Source: Clostridia bacterium | GTDB taxonomy: Bacteria; Bacillota; Clostridia; Christensenellales; Aristaeellaceae | Length of the DNA stretch: 22,979 bases | Direction: 5' to 3' | Assembly: GCA_024404275.1 (NCBI GenBank) | Contig: JAKSQG010000008.1 | Span: forward strand, 1 to 22,979 | Shown: positions 1-8,612 of the stretch, in pieces | How positions within the stretch are numbered: position 1 is the first letter of the stretch | Layout of the letters: each line of letters starts with the position of its first letter | Notes under the pieces: model-generated | Databases searched by the model: none | Seen by the model: only the letters and a program-made list of their open reading frames with translations | Told to the model about the DNA's origin: nothing | Program-made: the position numbers and the translations under genes

Positions 1-504
1 CCTCGTTGGCTTCCTTGTCAGCGGTGAGGGAGGCAATGGCAGCCTCGCTGGCCTCCTTGTCGGCGGTGAGGGAGGCGATGGCGGCCTCGTTGGCTTCCTT
101 GTCAGCGGTGAGGGAGGCAATGGCAGCCTCGCTGGCTTCCTTGTCGGCGGTGAGGGCGGCGATAGCAGCCTCGCTGGCTTCCTTGTCAGCGGTGAGGGAG
201 GCGATAGCAGCCTCGTTGGCTTCCTTGTCGGCGGACAGGGCAGCGATGGCGGCCTCGTTGGCTTCCTTGTCAGCGGACAGGGCAGCGATGGCAGCCTCGT
301 TGAGTTCCTTGTCAGCGTACAGGGCAGCGATGGCGGCCTCATTCGCTTCCTTGTCATCGGTGATGGAGGCAATGGCCGATTCGTTGGTCTCCTTGACCGC
401 AGTCAGGGCGGCGATGGCGGCTTCATTGGCTTCCTTATCGGCGGACAGGGCAGCAATGGCAGCCTCGTTGGCTTCCTTGTCGGCGGTGAGGGCGGCAATT
501 TCAG
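1..504. repeat. 42-bp tandem repeat, 12 consecutive units (encodes the 14-aa coiled-coil repeat on the minus strand)
   Basis: Units start at 1, 43, 85, 127 ... 463. Consensus is cctcgttggcttccttgtcagcggtgagggaggcaatggcag. Units 1-42 and 85-126 are identical. The repeat degenerates after about 504. Confidence 0.95.
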
Positions 505-694
505 CCGCGTTTGCTTCGTTGGCGGCGTTCAGCTCGGCAATGCGCGCCGTATCGGCGGTACACTGTTCACTCAGCTGCCGCACTGTGGTCTCGGCATCCG
601 TGCGCTTGTTTTTTTCATCGATAAAAAAGTACGCAAGAACACCGCCGACCGCAATCATAATGGCCAGCAGAATTGCCAGTACCTTCTTTGCCAT
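1..694 (-). CDS. Membrane-anchored coiled-coil repeat protein, N-terminal part only (gene runs off the left edge of the window)
   Basis: Absent from the ORF track because it has no stop in the window. Minus-strand ATG at 694-692, GGAGG (revcomp of 703-707) 8 nt upstream. Hand translation: MAKKVLAILLAIMIAVGGVLAYFFIDEKNKR (one TM helix), then a 14-aa unit AAIA(A/S)LTADKEANE repeated to the window edge. The frame stays open down to position 2. Confidence 0.8.
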   Translation of the reverse strand, partial: MAKKVLAILLAIMIAVGGVLAYFFIDEKNKRTDAETTVRQLSEQCTADTARIAELNAANEANAAEIAALTADKEANEAAIAALSADKEANEAAIAALTAVKETNESAIASITDDKEANEAAIAALYADKELNEAAIAALSADKEANEAAIAALSADKEANEAAIASLTADKEASEAAIAALTADKEASEAAIASLTADKEANEAAIASLTADKEASEAAIASLTADKEANE

Positions 695-748
695 GGTCAG
701 GACCTCCGTTTTTTTCAGCGGAATACAAGGAAGCGGGGGAGAGGGGAA

Positions 749-1495
749 TTATTCCTCCTCTTCCTCCTCGGGCAGCTCGGCGTTGTGGTACACATCGGCC
801 ACATCGTCGTTGTCATCCAGCATATCCAGCAGCTTCTGGATCTTGGTCAGGGTTTCCTCATCGGCGATGGCGACGGTGTTCTGGGGGATCATCTTCTTGT
901 CGGCAGACAGGAAGGAGAGACCCTGAGCTTCCAGCGCTTCACGCACGGCGGAGAAATCGTTGGGAGCGCTGTAGATTTCAAACACATCGTCCATGGCCTT
1001 GACGTCTTCGGCACCGGCTTCCAGCGCCATCATCATCATTTCATCCTCGTCCATGGCGGGGGTGCGCTCGACGATGAACTGGCCCTTGTTGTCAAACATG
1101 TAGGCAACGGAACCGGGGGTGCCCAGAGAGCCGCCGTTCTTTTCAAAAATGTGGCGAACGTCGGCAGAGGTGCGGTTGCGGTTATCGGTCACGATATTGC
1201 AGATGATGGCGACGCCGCCGGGGGCATAGCCTTCATATACGATCTCTTCGTAGTTGACGCCGGTGCCTTCGCCGGAAGCCTTCTTGATGCTGCGCTGAAT
1301 GTTATCGTTGGGCATGTTGTTGGCCTTGGCCTTGGCGATAACGTCACGAAGCTTACCGTTGCTTTCGGGATTGGCGCCGCCTTCACGTACGGCGATGGCG
1401 ATTTCACGGCCGATCTTGGTAAAAATCTTGCCGCGGGCAGCGTCGGCCTTGCCCTTCTTAGCCTGAATATTATGCCATTTGGAATGTCCGGACAT
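749..1495 (-). CDS. yebC: YebC/PmpR family DNA-binding transcriptional regulator
   Basis: Hallmark N-terminus [16 protein letters not shown]. The ATG at 1495 is preferred over the ORF-track start because GGAGGG lies 6 nt upstream. Stop TAA. Confidence 0.93.
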   Translation of the reverse strand: MSGHSKWHNIQAKKGKADAARGKIFTKIGREIAIAVREGGANPESNGKLRDVIAKAKANNMPNDNIQRSIKKASGEGTGVNYEEIVYEGYAPGGVAIICNIVTDNRNRTSADVRHIFEKNGGSLGTPGSVAYMFDNKGQFIVERTPAMDEDEMMMMALEAGAEDVKAMDDVFEIYSAPNDFSAVREALEAQGLSFLSADKKMIPQNTVAIADEETLTKIQKLLDMLDDNDDVADVYHNAELPEEEEEE

Positions 1496-1527
1496 AAATA
1501 ACCCTCCAAAAATCAATATACGAAAGA

Positions 1528-1556
1528 ATTATAGCACAACCGCCTGCCCTCGTCAA
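1528..1556 (-). promoter_or_regulatory. SigA-type promoter for yebC (-35 TTGACG, 17-nt spacer, TGn-extended -10 TATAAT)
   Basis: On the minus strand: TTGACG (1556-1551), 17 nt, TGC TATAAT (1533-1528). Confidence 0.6.
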
Positions 1557-1646
1557 ATGAAAAGGCCTCCCGAAATGGCTCCCGCAGACAAATTTTTTAA
1601 TCATTTCTTCATATATTGATAAAAAAGGGAAAATCAACGGAAGGTG

Positions 1647-1675
1647 TGGCAATCGCATGCACATTGTGCTATAAT
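1647..1675 (+). promoter_or_regulatory. Candidate promoter for alr (weak -35 TGGCAA, 17 nt, TGn-extended -10 TATAAT)
   Basis: tgcTATAAT at 1667-1675. The -35 matches the consensus at only 3 of 6 positions. Confidence 0.45.
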
Positions 1676-1715
1676 GTATCCGGAATCCTATGCATTGCAG
1701 AAAGAGTGAAAATTG

Positions 1716-2831
1716 ATGGCAGTACAGCCGGACAGCCGCGGAACGTGCATCAGGGTCAACCTGACAGCCCTTGCCGAAAACGCCGCGGCACTGAAAAAAG
1801 CCGTGGGCGCCGTTCATATGATGGCCATTGTCAAGGCCAACGCGTATGGTCATGGCATGGTGCAGGTAGCCCGCGTCGCGTTGGAGAACGGCGCTGATTT
1901 TCTGGGCGTGGCGACCCCGTAGGAGGGTCAGGCGCTGCGTGAGGCGGGCTTGACCGCCCCGGTGCTGGTGTTGGGCAATACCGGCATCGATGGTGCGCGC
2001 ATTTGCGCCGCAAACGGCATTACCCAGGCGGTCTGCGATGCAGACGGCGTAAGGCGCATGCAGCGCGCCTGTGAAGAACTTCAGATGACGGCGTAGGTAC
2101 ATCTCAAGTGCGATACCGGCATGAGCCGCATCGGTGTGAGAAGCGAGGAAGAGGTACAGCAGGTACTGGATGCGTTGAACGAGTGTCCTGCTGTGAAGCT
2201 CACCGGCGCGTTCATGCATTTTGCGGCGGCAGACGGCGACGAAGCCTTTGCCCGCAAACAGTTTGACACCTTTATGCGTCTGACGGCACCGCTGCCGGCG
2301 GGCATTGTGCGCCACGCGGCGGCCAGTGACGCTTCCATCCGCTTCCCCTGGGCACGGCTCGATATGGTCCGCGAGGGCATTTCGCTCTACGGCTGCCCGG
2401 GCGTGCAGAGTGGGATCACGCTGCGTTATGCCATGAGCTTTGAAACACGGGTGGAATTTATCAAGACACTGCCTGCGGGCGAAACGGTGGGCTACGGCCG
2501 CACCTGGACGGCTCCGCGGGAAACACGTGTGGCGACCCTTGGCGTGGGCTATGGTGACGGCTATCTGCGTTCCGCCTCCGGCAAGGCACAGGTGCTGATC
2601 GGGGGACAGCTGTGCCCCGTGATCGGGCGTGTATGCATGGATCAGATCATGGTGGATGTGACCGATGTGCCCGGTGTGCAGGAAGGCGACTGCGCTGTAT
2701 TGATGGGGCGTCAGGGCGAAATGGAGATCACCCCCGATCAGCTGGCTGCCTGGGCGGGCACCATCAGCTATGAGGTCATGCTCTCTCCCCATCCCCGCGT
2801 ACCCGTCCTATATTATGAGGAAGGAAAATAA
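1716..2831 (+). CDS. alr: Alanine racemase, full length (371 codons) only if two in-frame TAG codons are read through
   Basis: One continuous frame: 1716 to TAG(1920), to TAG(2094), to TAA(2829). PLP-lysine motif MAIVKANAYGHG lies before the first TAG. VHLKCDTGMSRIG follows immediately after the second. Further downstream come VGYGRTW, GVGYGDGY, GRVCMDQIMVD and ISYEV. No frameshift. Confidence 0.9.
1920..1922 (+). other. In-frame TAG codon 1 in alr (context acc ccg TAG gag ggt)
   Basis: 1920-1716=204, divisible by 3. Protein context GVATP*EGQALREAGL. Confidence 0.95.
2094..2096 (+). other. In-frame TAG codon 2 in alr (context acg gcg TAG gta cat)
   Basis: 2094-1716=378, divisible by 3. Protein context ELQMTA*VHLKCDTGM. 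Confidence 0.95.
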
Positions 2832-2837
2832 CCCGGA

Positions 2838-3641
2838 ATGAAGAATAAAAACAACGGAGCAAAGCCGATCTACAAGCCCTACCTGAAGGGCAATGTCATC
2901 AGCGGCACGGCGGCCAAACGCGGCCTTTCCGTGCTGGGCATGGAAGTGCTTTTTGCTTTTATGTTTGTGCTGATCGCCACCATGGCTACGGGCGGCGCGC
3001 ATTGGATCACCGTATCGGTCAACGTGCTGCTGGTGTTGGGTGCGGCGTTTGCCATGTATAATGCCGGTGCGGGCAAGGGCGAGGGCGATGTGGGCTTTGC
3101 TGAAATCGCTCAGGCGCGGCTGGACAGCGGCAAAAACGTGCCCGACAGCGAAAAGGACCGCTGCTACAATGCATTGAAAGGCTTTTTTTCGGCGGCAGTT
3201 GGTGCACTGCCGGTGTTTGCGATAGCGCTGCTGTTTTCCCTGATCGCGCATCGTCAGCTGGTTTCCATGGGTGTGCTGCCTTCCTGGGTGGCGGCCTATG
3301 AGCAGCATGAGGACATCGGTGCCGCCCTGGCGTGGTACAGCGAAGTGTCACCTGTCACGCTGGAGGATATCCTGCGCATTATCATGCGCGTGTTTGTGTT
3401 CCCGTTTGTCAACATCGCCGGCGCGGATAACTACGATGCCATGTATCTGGTGGACCGTCTGAGCCCGCTGCTGGTGCTGATCATGCCCTTCTTCTACGGT
3501 CTCGGTTATCTGCGCGGACCGCATCTGCGTGCCATGGTGCATGGCAACATCCGCCAGAACCGCCGCCGCCATAACCGCAAGGAACGCCGCGCCCGTGAAA
3601 AGCGCGCCCTTGAGATGAAGCAGAAAAAGGAACTGGTGTAA
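2838..3641 (+). CDS. Multi-pass membrane protein of unknown function with a highly basic C-terminal tail
   Basis: 267-aa ORF starting 7 nt after alr. Several hydrophobic segments. C-terminus RQNRRRHNRKERRAREKRALEMKQKKELV. Stop TAA. Confidence 0.7.
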   Translation: MKNKNNGAKPIYKPYLKGNVISGTAAKRGLSVLGMEVLFAFMFVLIATMATGGAHWITVSVNVLLVLGAAFAMYNAGAGKGEGDVGFAEIAQARLDSGKNVPDSEKDRCYNALKGFFSAAVGALPVFAIALLFSLIAHRQLVSMGVLPSWVAAYEQHEDIGAALAWYSEVSPVTLEDILRIIMRVFVFPFVNIAGADNYDAMYLVDRLSPLLVLIMPFFYGLGYLRGPHLRAMVHGNIRQNRRRHNRKERRAREKRALEMKQKKELV

Positions 3642-3643
3642 GT

Positions 3644-4231
3644 ATGCGCATCATCGCGGGGGAAATGCGTTCCCGAACGATTCTGGCGCCCAAGGGCAGT
3701 GAGACGCGGCCCACGCTGGACAGGACCCGGGAATCGCTGTTCAATATCATTGCCGCGGAATGCCCGGGGGCCCGGGTACTGGATCTGTACGCCGGCAGCG
3801 GCGCCCTTGCGCTGGAGGCCATCAGCCGCGGCGCGGACAGGGCTGTGCTGTGCGACTGCTCACGCGAGGCAGCGGCTGTGATCCGGCGCAACATCGAGTC
3901 GCTTAAGGTGGACGACAGGGCGGAGCTTTTGTTCATGCGTGATGAGCTGGCCATCCAGACGCTGGCAAAACGGCAGGAAAAGTTTGACCTGATCTTTCTG
4001 GACCCGCCCTACCGCTGCGATACCGCGCCGGCGTGCAGGCAGCTGCTGGAAGCCGGTGTGTTTCTGCCGGGTGCACTGGTGATTATTGAACATCTGGAAA
4101 CCGTGACGCCGCAGGTATCGGCCGCCTTCCGTCAGACGGATCGCCGTCGCTACCGTGATACGGCCATTACATTCTATCGGATCGAGGTGAACGAAAATGC
4201 CGAAGGTGTGGATCTTTCCGGGCAGCTTTGA
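3644..4231 (+). CDS. rsmD: 16S rRNA (guanine966-N2)-methyltransferase RsmD
   Basis: MRIIAGEMRSR...TRPTLDRTRESLFNII, SAM motif LDLYAGSGALALEAISRGA, and DPPY. Stop TGA. Confidence 0.9.
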   Translation: MRIIAGEMRSRTILAPKGSETRPTLDRTRESLFNIIAAECPGARVLDLYAGSGALALEAISRGADRAVLCDCSREAAAVIRRNIESLKVDDRAELLFMRDELAIQTLAKRQEKFDLIFLDPPYRCDTAPACRQLLEAGVFLPGALVIIEHLETVTPQVSAAFRQTDRRRYRDTAITFYRIEVNENAEGVDLSGQL

Positions 4232-4685
4232 CCCGGCAACGCGGGGACATGAAGATCTGATCCACCGTGCTTCGCTTCTGTGCGATGAATTGATCGTAGC
4301 GGTGCTGATCAACCCCGATAAAAAGGGCCTGCTGCCCTTCAAAAAGCGCATCGAGATTCTAAAAGCGGTCTGTGCCGACCTGCCCAATGTGCGGGTGGAC
4401 AGTCATAACGGCTTGCTGGCGGATTATGCGCGGCAGCAGAATGCCGCTGCCGTGGTGCGCGGCGTGCGCTCCGGCACAGAGATGGATTCCGAGCTGCCGT
4501 GGTCCACGTTCAACCGCGCGCTGTACGAGAATTTTGAAGCGGTCTATCTGCCCGCACGGCCCGATCTTCGGGATGTGTCGAGCAGCATGGTGCGTCAGCT
4601 GGCTGCCTTCGGCGGCGATATCACGCCCTTTGTGCCCGAAAAAGGGGCGGAGCTGATCCGCAATTATCTGGAACATCATATCTGA
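4197..4685 (+). CDS. coaD: Phosphopantetheine adenylyltransferase
   Basis: PGSFDPATRGHEDLI (T/HxGH nucleotidyltransferase motif). GAGGTG RBS 7 nt upstream. Overlaps the rsmD 3' end by 35 nt. Stop TGA. Confidence 0.92.
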   Translation: MPKVWIFPGSFDPATRGHEDLIHRASLLCDELIVAVLINPDKKGLLPFKKRIEILKAVCADLPNVRVDSHNGLLADYARQQNAAAVVRGVRSGTEMDSELPWSTFNRALYENFEAVYLPARPDLRDVSSSMVRQLAAFGGDITPFVPEKGAELIRNYLEHHI

Positions 4686-4698
4686 GGAGGATATTCAC

Positions 4699-5358
4699 AT
4701 GGCGATGAAAGTTTTCAACATCATCAGCAACATCCAGGGTGTGCTTGAGAATTCGAAGACCAACCTTTTCTCCGGCGGCCGTGTGCTGGTGGACCGCAAG
4801 AATCTGGAAGAGCTGCTCCGCGAGCTGTCCGACAGCATGGAGCCCGATCTGGTGGCGGCCCGTGATCTGCTGGCGCAGACGGATGAAATCCGTGCACAGG
4901 CCGACGACTACAAGCGCAAAACGGTGTCGGAAGCCAATGCCGAGGCGGAACGCGTCAAGCGTGAATCCGACATGAACCTGGCCAAGGCGCAGAATGATAC
5001 CGAAAAGACCTGCCGCGACATGCTGGAGCAGGCTACGGCCAAGTCCAACGAGATGATGAATCAGGCTGCCGAGCATGCCAACCGCCGTGTGGCGGCGGCC
5101 GATGAAGAGGCCAAGCGTCTGGTCAGCACCAACGAGATCACCCTGCGCGCCCAGGCCCGCGCCGCCGAGATCGAAGAAAAGGCGAACCGTGAGGCCGATG
5201 AGCTGCGCCGCCGCACCATGCAGGAATTGTCGGATGTGCTGCTGCAGGCGGAAAACGTGCTGGGCGGTCAGCTGAACGGTCTGCGTTCTGCCCGTCAGCA
5301 GCTGGCGGGCGGCTATGCCGCCCCGGAGGCCGAATACCCCGAAACGGTGCAGCAGTAA
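4699..5358 (+). CDS. Coiled-coil protein of unknown function (Ala/Glu/Arg-rich)
   Basis: 219-aa ORF with GGAGG 8 nt upstream of the ATG. Composition suggests long alpha-helices. No family confidently recognised. Stop TAA. Confidence 0.75.
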   Translation: MAMKVFNIISNIQGVLENSKTNLFSGGRVLVDRKNLEELLRELSDSMEPDLVAARDLLAQTDEIRAQADDYKRKTVSEANAEAERVKRESDMNLAKAQNDTEKTCRDMLEQATAKSNEMMNQAAEHANRRVAAADEEAKRLVSTNEITLRAQARAAEIEEKANREADELRRRTMQELSDVLLQAENVLGGQLNGLRSARQQLAGGYAAPEAEYPETVQQ

Positions 5359-5453
5359 GGGCGGTCAGCGGGCTTTTTGTGCCTTTGAAATGCACGGGAG
5401 GGCGTCCGTTTGATACAAAACGGTTAAATATTGAACACCCCGCTCAAAAAAAC

Positions 5454-5482
5454 TTGACAGCCCGATGGAATAACGATATAAT
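5454..5482 (+). promoter_or_regulatory. Consensus SigA promoter upstream of rpmH (TTGACA, 17 nt, TATAAT)
   Basis: TTGACA at 5454-5459, exact 17-nt spacer, TATAAT at 5477-5482. About 90 nt upstream of the rpmH ATG. Confidence 0.8.
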
Positions 5483-5577
5483 GTTAAAGCTGTTTTGATG
5501 GGTTTTTCCCGGAAAAACATAACGTGATGAACAGCGCGATTAAAAGCGTGCAGTCATTATTTTAAGGAGTGAATACG

Positions 5578-5712
5578 ATGTTCCGTACCTATCAGCCGAA
5601 GAAGCGTCAGCGCAGCAAGGTGCATGGTTTCCGTGCCCGTATGTCCACCAAGAACGGCCGCAGAGTACTGGCTGCCCGCCGCCGTCGTGGCCGCAAGGAA
5701 CTGACGGTCTGA
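5578..5712 (+). CDS. rpmH: 50S ribosomal protein L34
   Basis: Too short for the ORF track. Hand translation: [53 protein letters not shown] upstream. Stop TGA. Confidence 0.97.
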   Translation: MFRTYQPKKRQRSKVHGFRARMSTKNGRRVLAARRRRGRKELTV

Positions 5713-5760
5713 CACACTTCCGACCGCGCACGGCGCGGCCAATGAAGAAGCATGGCTCAA

Positions 5761-5803
5761 CCCGCCCCGGTGCCTGCCATCGAGCATTCCCGGGGCGGGT
5801 TTT
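5761..5803 (+). terminator. Hairpin plus T-run between rpmH and rnpA (likely partial terminator or attenuator)
   Basis: cccgccccgg (5761-5770) pairs with ccggggcggg (5790-5799), with a 19-nt loop, followed by tttt. Confidence 0.5.
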
Positions 5804-5830
5804 CCATGCCGCTTTGAGGGCGGAAAAGAC

Positions 5831-6190
5831 ATGCAGAAAGCGTTAAGACTGCGTAAAAACGGTCAATTTCAATATGTTTTCCGAAAAGGCAAGGGGATGG
5901 GCACACGCCTGGTCTCCTTAACCTACGTGCGTGCCAATCGGCTGCAGGTAGGTTTTTCGGTGAGCAAAAAAGTAGGCCATGCCGTGGTGCGCAATCATGT
6001 GAAGCGCCGTCTGCGGGAGATCATCCGCTTGCAGGCTCCTCAGCTCAAAAACGGTTACTACATCTTCGTGGCCAGGCCTGAGGCCGCGGAAGCATCCTAC
6101 ATGCAACTGGAGAAGGCCGTCAACAGCCTTCTGCGCAGACAGAATCTGTACAAGGAACATAGCACTGAGTCAGGGGACGAGCAGTCATGA
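5831..6190 (+). CDS. rnpA: Ribonuclease P protein component
   Basis: LRLRKNGQFQYVFRKGK and the RNR-type motif VVRNHVKRRLREI. Synteny after rpmH. Stop TGA overlaps the yidD ATG (ATGA). Confidence 0.93.
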   Translation: MQKALRLRKNGQFQYVFRKGKGMGTRLVSLTYVRANRLQVGFSVSKKVGHAVVRNHVKRRLREIIRLQAPQLKNGYYIFVARPEAAEASYMQLEKAVNSLLRRQNLYKEHSTESGDEQS

Positions 6191-6438
6191 AGCGGTTCAT
6201 GCTCGGCACGCTGCGCTTCTATAAGCGGAATATCAGTCCGCTCCTGCCGCCCGCGTGCAAATATGTTCCCACCTGTTCGGAATACGCCCGCATCGCCATA
6301 GAGCGCTACGGCGCGGCCCGCGGCGGCATGATGGCCGCCGGCAGACTGTTGCGCTGCAATCCCTTCGCCAAGGGCGGGTACGATCCCGTCCCCGAGGCAG
6401 AATCCATTGACCAGGAAGGACGGAGAATGAAAGAATGA
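6187..6438 (+). CDS. yidD: Membrane protein insertion efficiency factor YidD
   Basis: YKRNISPLLPPACKYVPTCSEYARIAIERYG...LLRCNPFAKGGYDPVP. ATGA overlaps with both neighbouring genes. Confidence 0.93.
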   Translation: MKRFMLGTLRFYKRNISPLLPPACKYVPTCSEYARIAIERYGAARGGMMAAGRLLRCNPFAKGGYDPVPEAESIDQEGRRMKE

Positions 6439-7481
6439 CCGCTTGGTTCAAAAGCATCCTCGAATGGATCTACGGAGTGGTGGGCAGCTACGGCATCGCC
6501 GTAATGATCTTCACCGTAATGTTCCGCGTGATCCTCACCCCGTTTGAAGTTTCCTCCCGTAAGGGCATGCGCAAGATGGCGGCAATTCAGCCCAAGCTCA
6601 ACGAGCTGCAGAAAAAGTACGCCAACGATCAGGCCAAGCTGCAGCAGAAGCAGTCCGAGCTGATGCGCAAGGAACACTATAATCCCCTGTCGGGCTGCCT
6701 GCCGATGCTGCTGCAGTGGCCCATCCTGCTGATCATGTTCTACGCGATGAGAGACGTGGCCAGCGAAAAGCTGATCGGTCAGGCCATTTCGCTGCTGACC
6801 GGTGAGACCCCCAAGTACGAAAGCTTCCTGTGGATCAAGAACGTATTTATGGCCGACTCTCCCTTTACCGCCATTGCCCCCGATGCTACCGGCCTGATCG
6901 CCGCGGGTCAGGGCGTATGGCAGGGCGTGTTCAACGGTCTGTCCGAGCTGCAGAAGACCAACCTGCTGACGGTGATTCAGCAGTATGTGCCTGCTGCCGC
7001 CGGTCTTGGCTTTGAAGAGGTATTCAACTTTGCCTCTTCCGCCACCCTGAGCACCACCATCAACACCTATGTGATGCCCGCGCTGCAGCAGATCCCCGCT
7101 TACGTGGCGGATGTGGCTGCCGTGCCCGGTTGGAAGAACGTGGGCTTCCTGCTCTTCAGTGTGACTCTTTTCCAGAACTTCAACGGTCTGCTGATCTTGC
7201 CTCTCCTGTCCGGTGTGACCCAGTGGGCCATGACCAAGTTCAACCCTGCCATGCAGCAGCAGCCCCAGCCGGCTGGCCAGCAGAAGGGCATGGGCAACTT
7301 CATGACCTGGTTCTTCCCCATCTTCTCTGTGTTCATCTGCTTGAGCAGCAACGCCGGTTTTGCCCTGTACTGGGTAACCATCAACATTTTTGCGACTGTG
7401 CAATCTATCCTTATCAACAAGTATCTTGAGAGCAAAGACGCCAAACAGAAGGCGCTGACAGAAGGGAATACCGCCAAATGA
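6435..7481 (+). CDS. yidC: YidC/Oxa1 family membrane protein insertase
   Basis: IAVMIFTVMFRVILTPF...KMAAIQPKLNELQKKY...NPLSGCLPMLLQWPILLIMFYAMR. Synteny. Stop TGA overlaps the jag ATG. Confidence 0.92.
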   Translation: MTAWFKSILEWIYGVVGSYGIAVMIFTVMFRVILTPFEVSSRKGMRKMAAIQPKLNELQKKYANDQAKLQQKQSELMRKEHYNPLSGCLPMLLQWPILLIMFYAMRDVASEKLIGQAISLLTGETPKYESFLWIKNVFMADSPFTAIAPDATGLIAAGQGVWQGVFNGLSELQKTNLLTVIQQYVPAAAGLGFEEVFNFASSATLSTTINTYVMPALQQIPAYVADVAAVPGWKNVGFLLFSVTLFQNFNGLLILPLLSGVTQWAMTKFNPAMQQQPQPAGQQKGMGNFMTWFFPIFSVFICLSSNAGFALYWVTINIFATVQSILINKYLESKDAKQKALTEGNTAK

Positions 7482-8575
7482 GCAAATCGATCGAAGTAAA
7501 GGGCAAGTCCCGCGAAGAGGCCATTGAAAAAGGCCTTCAGGAACTGGGGCTGACCATTGCCGAAGCCAAAGTGGAAGTGGTGACCGAAGGCAGCAAGGGC
7601 CTGTTCGGATTCTTCGGAAGCCGTGAATGGGTGATCCGTGTGACCTCCACCGAAGAGGAAAAGCCCCTTTTTGATACGCATTCCCTGTTTGAGGATGCGC
7701 TGGACAATACTCCCCGCGCCAAGAAAGCGCCCAAGCCCGCTGCCGAAAAACCCGTAAAGTCCGAAAAGACTGCCGAGAAGGCCCCGAAGGCCGAGAAGCC
7801 TGCTGAAAAAGCCCCGAAGGCCGAGAAGCCCGCTGCTGAGAAGGCTCCCAAGGCTGAAAAGCCTGCGAAGCCCGCCGCGGAGAAGGCTCCCAAGGCCCCA
7901 AAGCCGGCCAAGCCCGCTGCCGAAAAGGCGCCCAAGGCTGAAAAGGACCCCGCTCAGCCCAAGCCCAAGGCTGAAAAGAAGCCTGCCGCTCCCGTTGAGA
8001 AAAAGCCCATCGTGCCGGCTGAACAGGCCGATCCCGCTACCAGCGCCGGCAAGGCGCAGAGCTTCCTGCAGGAACTGACCCGCCTGATGGGTGTGGAAGT
8101 CTCCGTTGCCGTTGCTACCGATGAGGAAGGCAATGTGCGCGTCAACATGGAAGGCGATGGTCAGGGCATTCTGATCGGCCGCCATGGCGAAACGCTGGAT
8201 GCGCTGCAGTATCTGACCAGCCTGCAGGTCAACAAGGGCCGCGGTGAGTATACCCGCGTCACGCTGGATACCGAGGGCTACCGTGCCCGCCGCGAGGAAG
8301 CGCTCATCCGTCTGGCCAACCGCATGGCCAACCGTGCCATCAAGACCGGCCGCCGCGTTTCCCTCGAACCCATGAATCCCTATGAGCGCCGTGTGCTGCA
8401 TTCCGCTCTGCAGGGAAATGAGGCAGTGACCACCCATTCGGAGGGCGAGGAACCCAACCGTCATGTGGTCATCACCGTGAACAAGCCTGCCCGTGCTCCC
8501 AAGGCCGCAAAGCCCCAGGAGGCCCCCGCTGAGGCGACGGAAGTCAAGAACGAAACGGCTTCTGAAAACGAATAA
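7478..8575 (+). CDS. jag: Jag/KhpB RNA-binding protein (Jag_N, KH and R3H domains) with a long PAEK-rich linker
   Basis: N-terminus SIEVKGKSREEAIEKGLQELG. C-terminus GRHGETLDALQYL (KH domain) and EPMNPYERRVLHSAL (R3H domain). Synteny after yidC. Stop TAA. Confidence 0.9.
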   Translation: MSKSIEVKGKSREEAIEKGLQELGLTIAEAKVEVVTEGSKGLFGFFGSREWVIRVTSTEEEKPLFDTHSLFEDALDNTPRAKKAPKPAAEKPVKSEKTAEKAPKAEKPAEKAPKAEKPAAEKAPKAEKPAKPAAEKAPKAPKPAKPAAEKAPKAEKDPAQPKPKAEKKPAAPVEKKPIVPAEQADPATSAGKAQSFLQELTRLMGVEVSVAVATDEEGNVRVNMEGDGQGILIGRHGETLDALQYLTSLQVNKGRGEYTRVTLDTEGYRARREEALIRLANRMANRAIKTGRRVSLEPMNPYERRVLHSALQGNEAVTTHSEGEEPNRHVVITVNKPARAPKAAKPQEAPAEATEVKNETASENE

Positions 8576-8587
8576 TACGCTTCTGAC

Positions 8588-8612
8588 AGGACGGCTTCGG
8601 CCGTCCTTTTTT
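8588..8612 (+). terminator. Rho-independent terminator after jag
   Basis: aggacggc ttcg gccgtcct followed by tttttt. Confidence 0.85.

Noticed and set aside
1-504. Regular 42-bp repeats as a possible CRISPR array
   Set aside because: The units are contiguous with no spacers, lie inside an open reading frame, and encode a periodic protein repeat.
6-926. 306-aa plus-strand ORF (MASLSAVREAMAASLASL...) across the tandem repeat
   Set aside because: It is the antisense shadow of the 42-bp repeat. It has no RBS, runs through the yebC 3' end, and its composition is low-complexity. The minus-strand frame has a GGAGG-ATG start, a TM helix and a heptad-compatible repeat.
1470-2792. 440-aa minus-strand ORF antisense to alr
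   Set aside because: Shadow ORF typical of GC-rich coding DNA. It is rich in Arg, His, Gly and Ala and matches no recognisable family. It overlaps a gene with unmistakable alanine racemase motifs.
5359-5577. Possible oriC or DnaA-box cluster upstream of rpmH
   Set aside because: No TTATCCACA-like boxes or AT-rich unwinding element seen by eye. The region is explained by a consensus promoter plus a roughly 90-nt leader.
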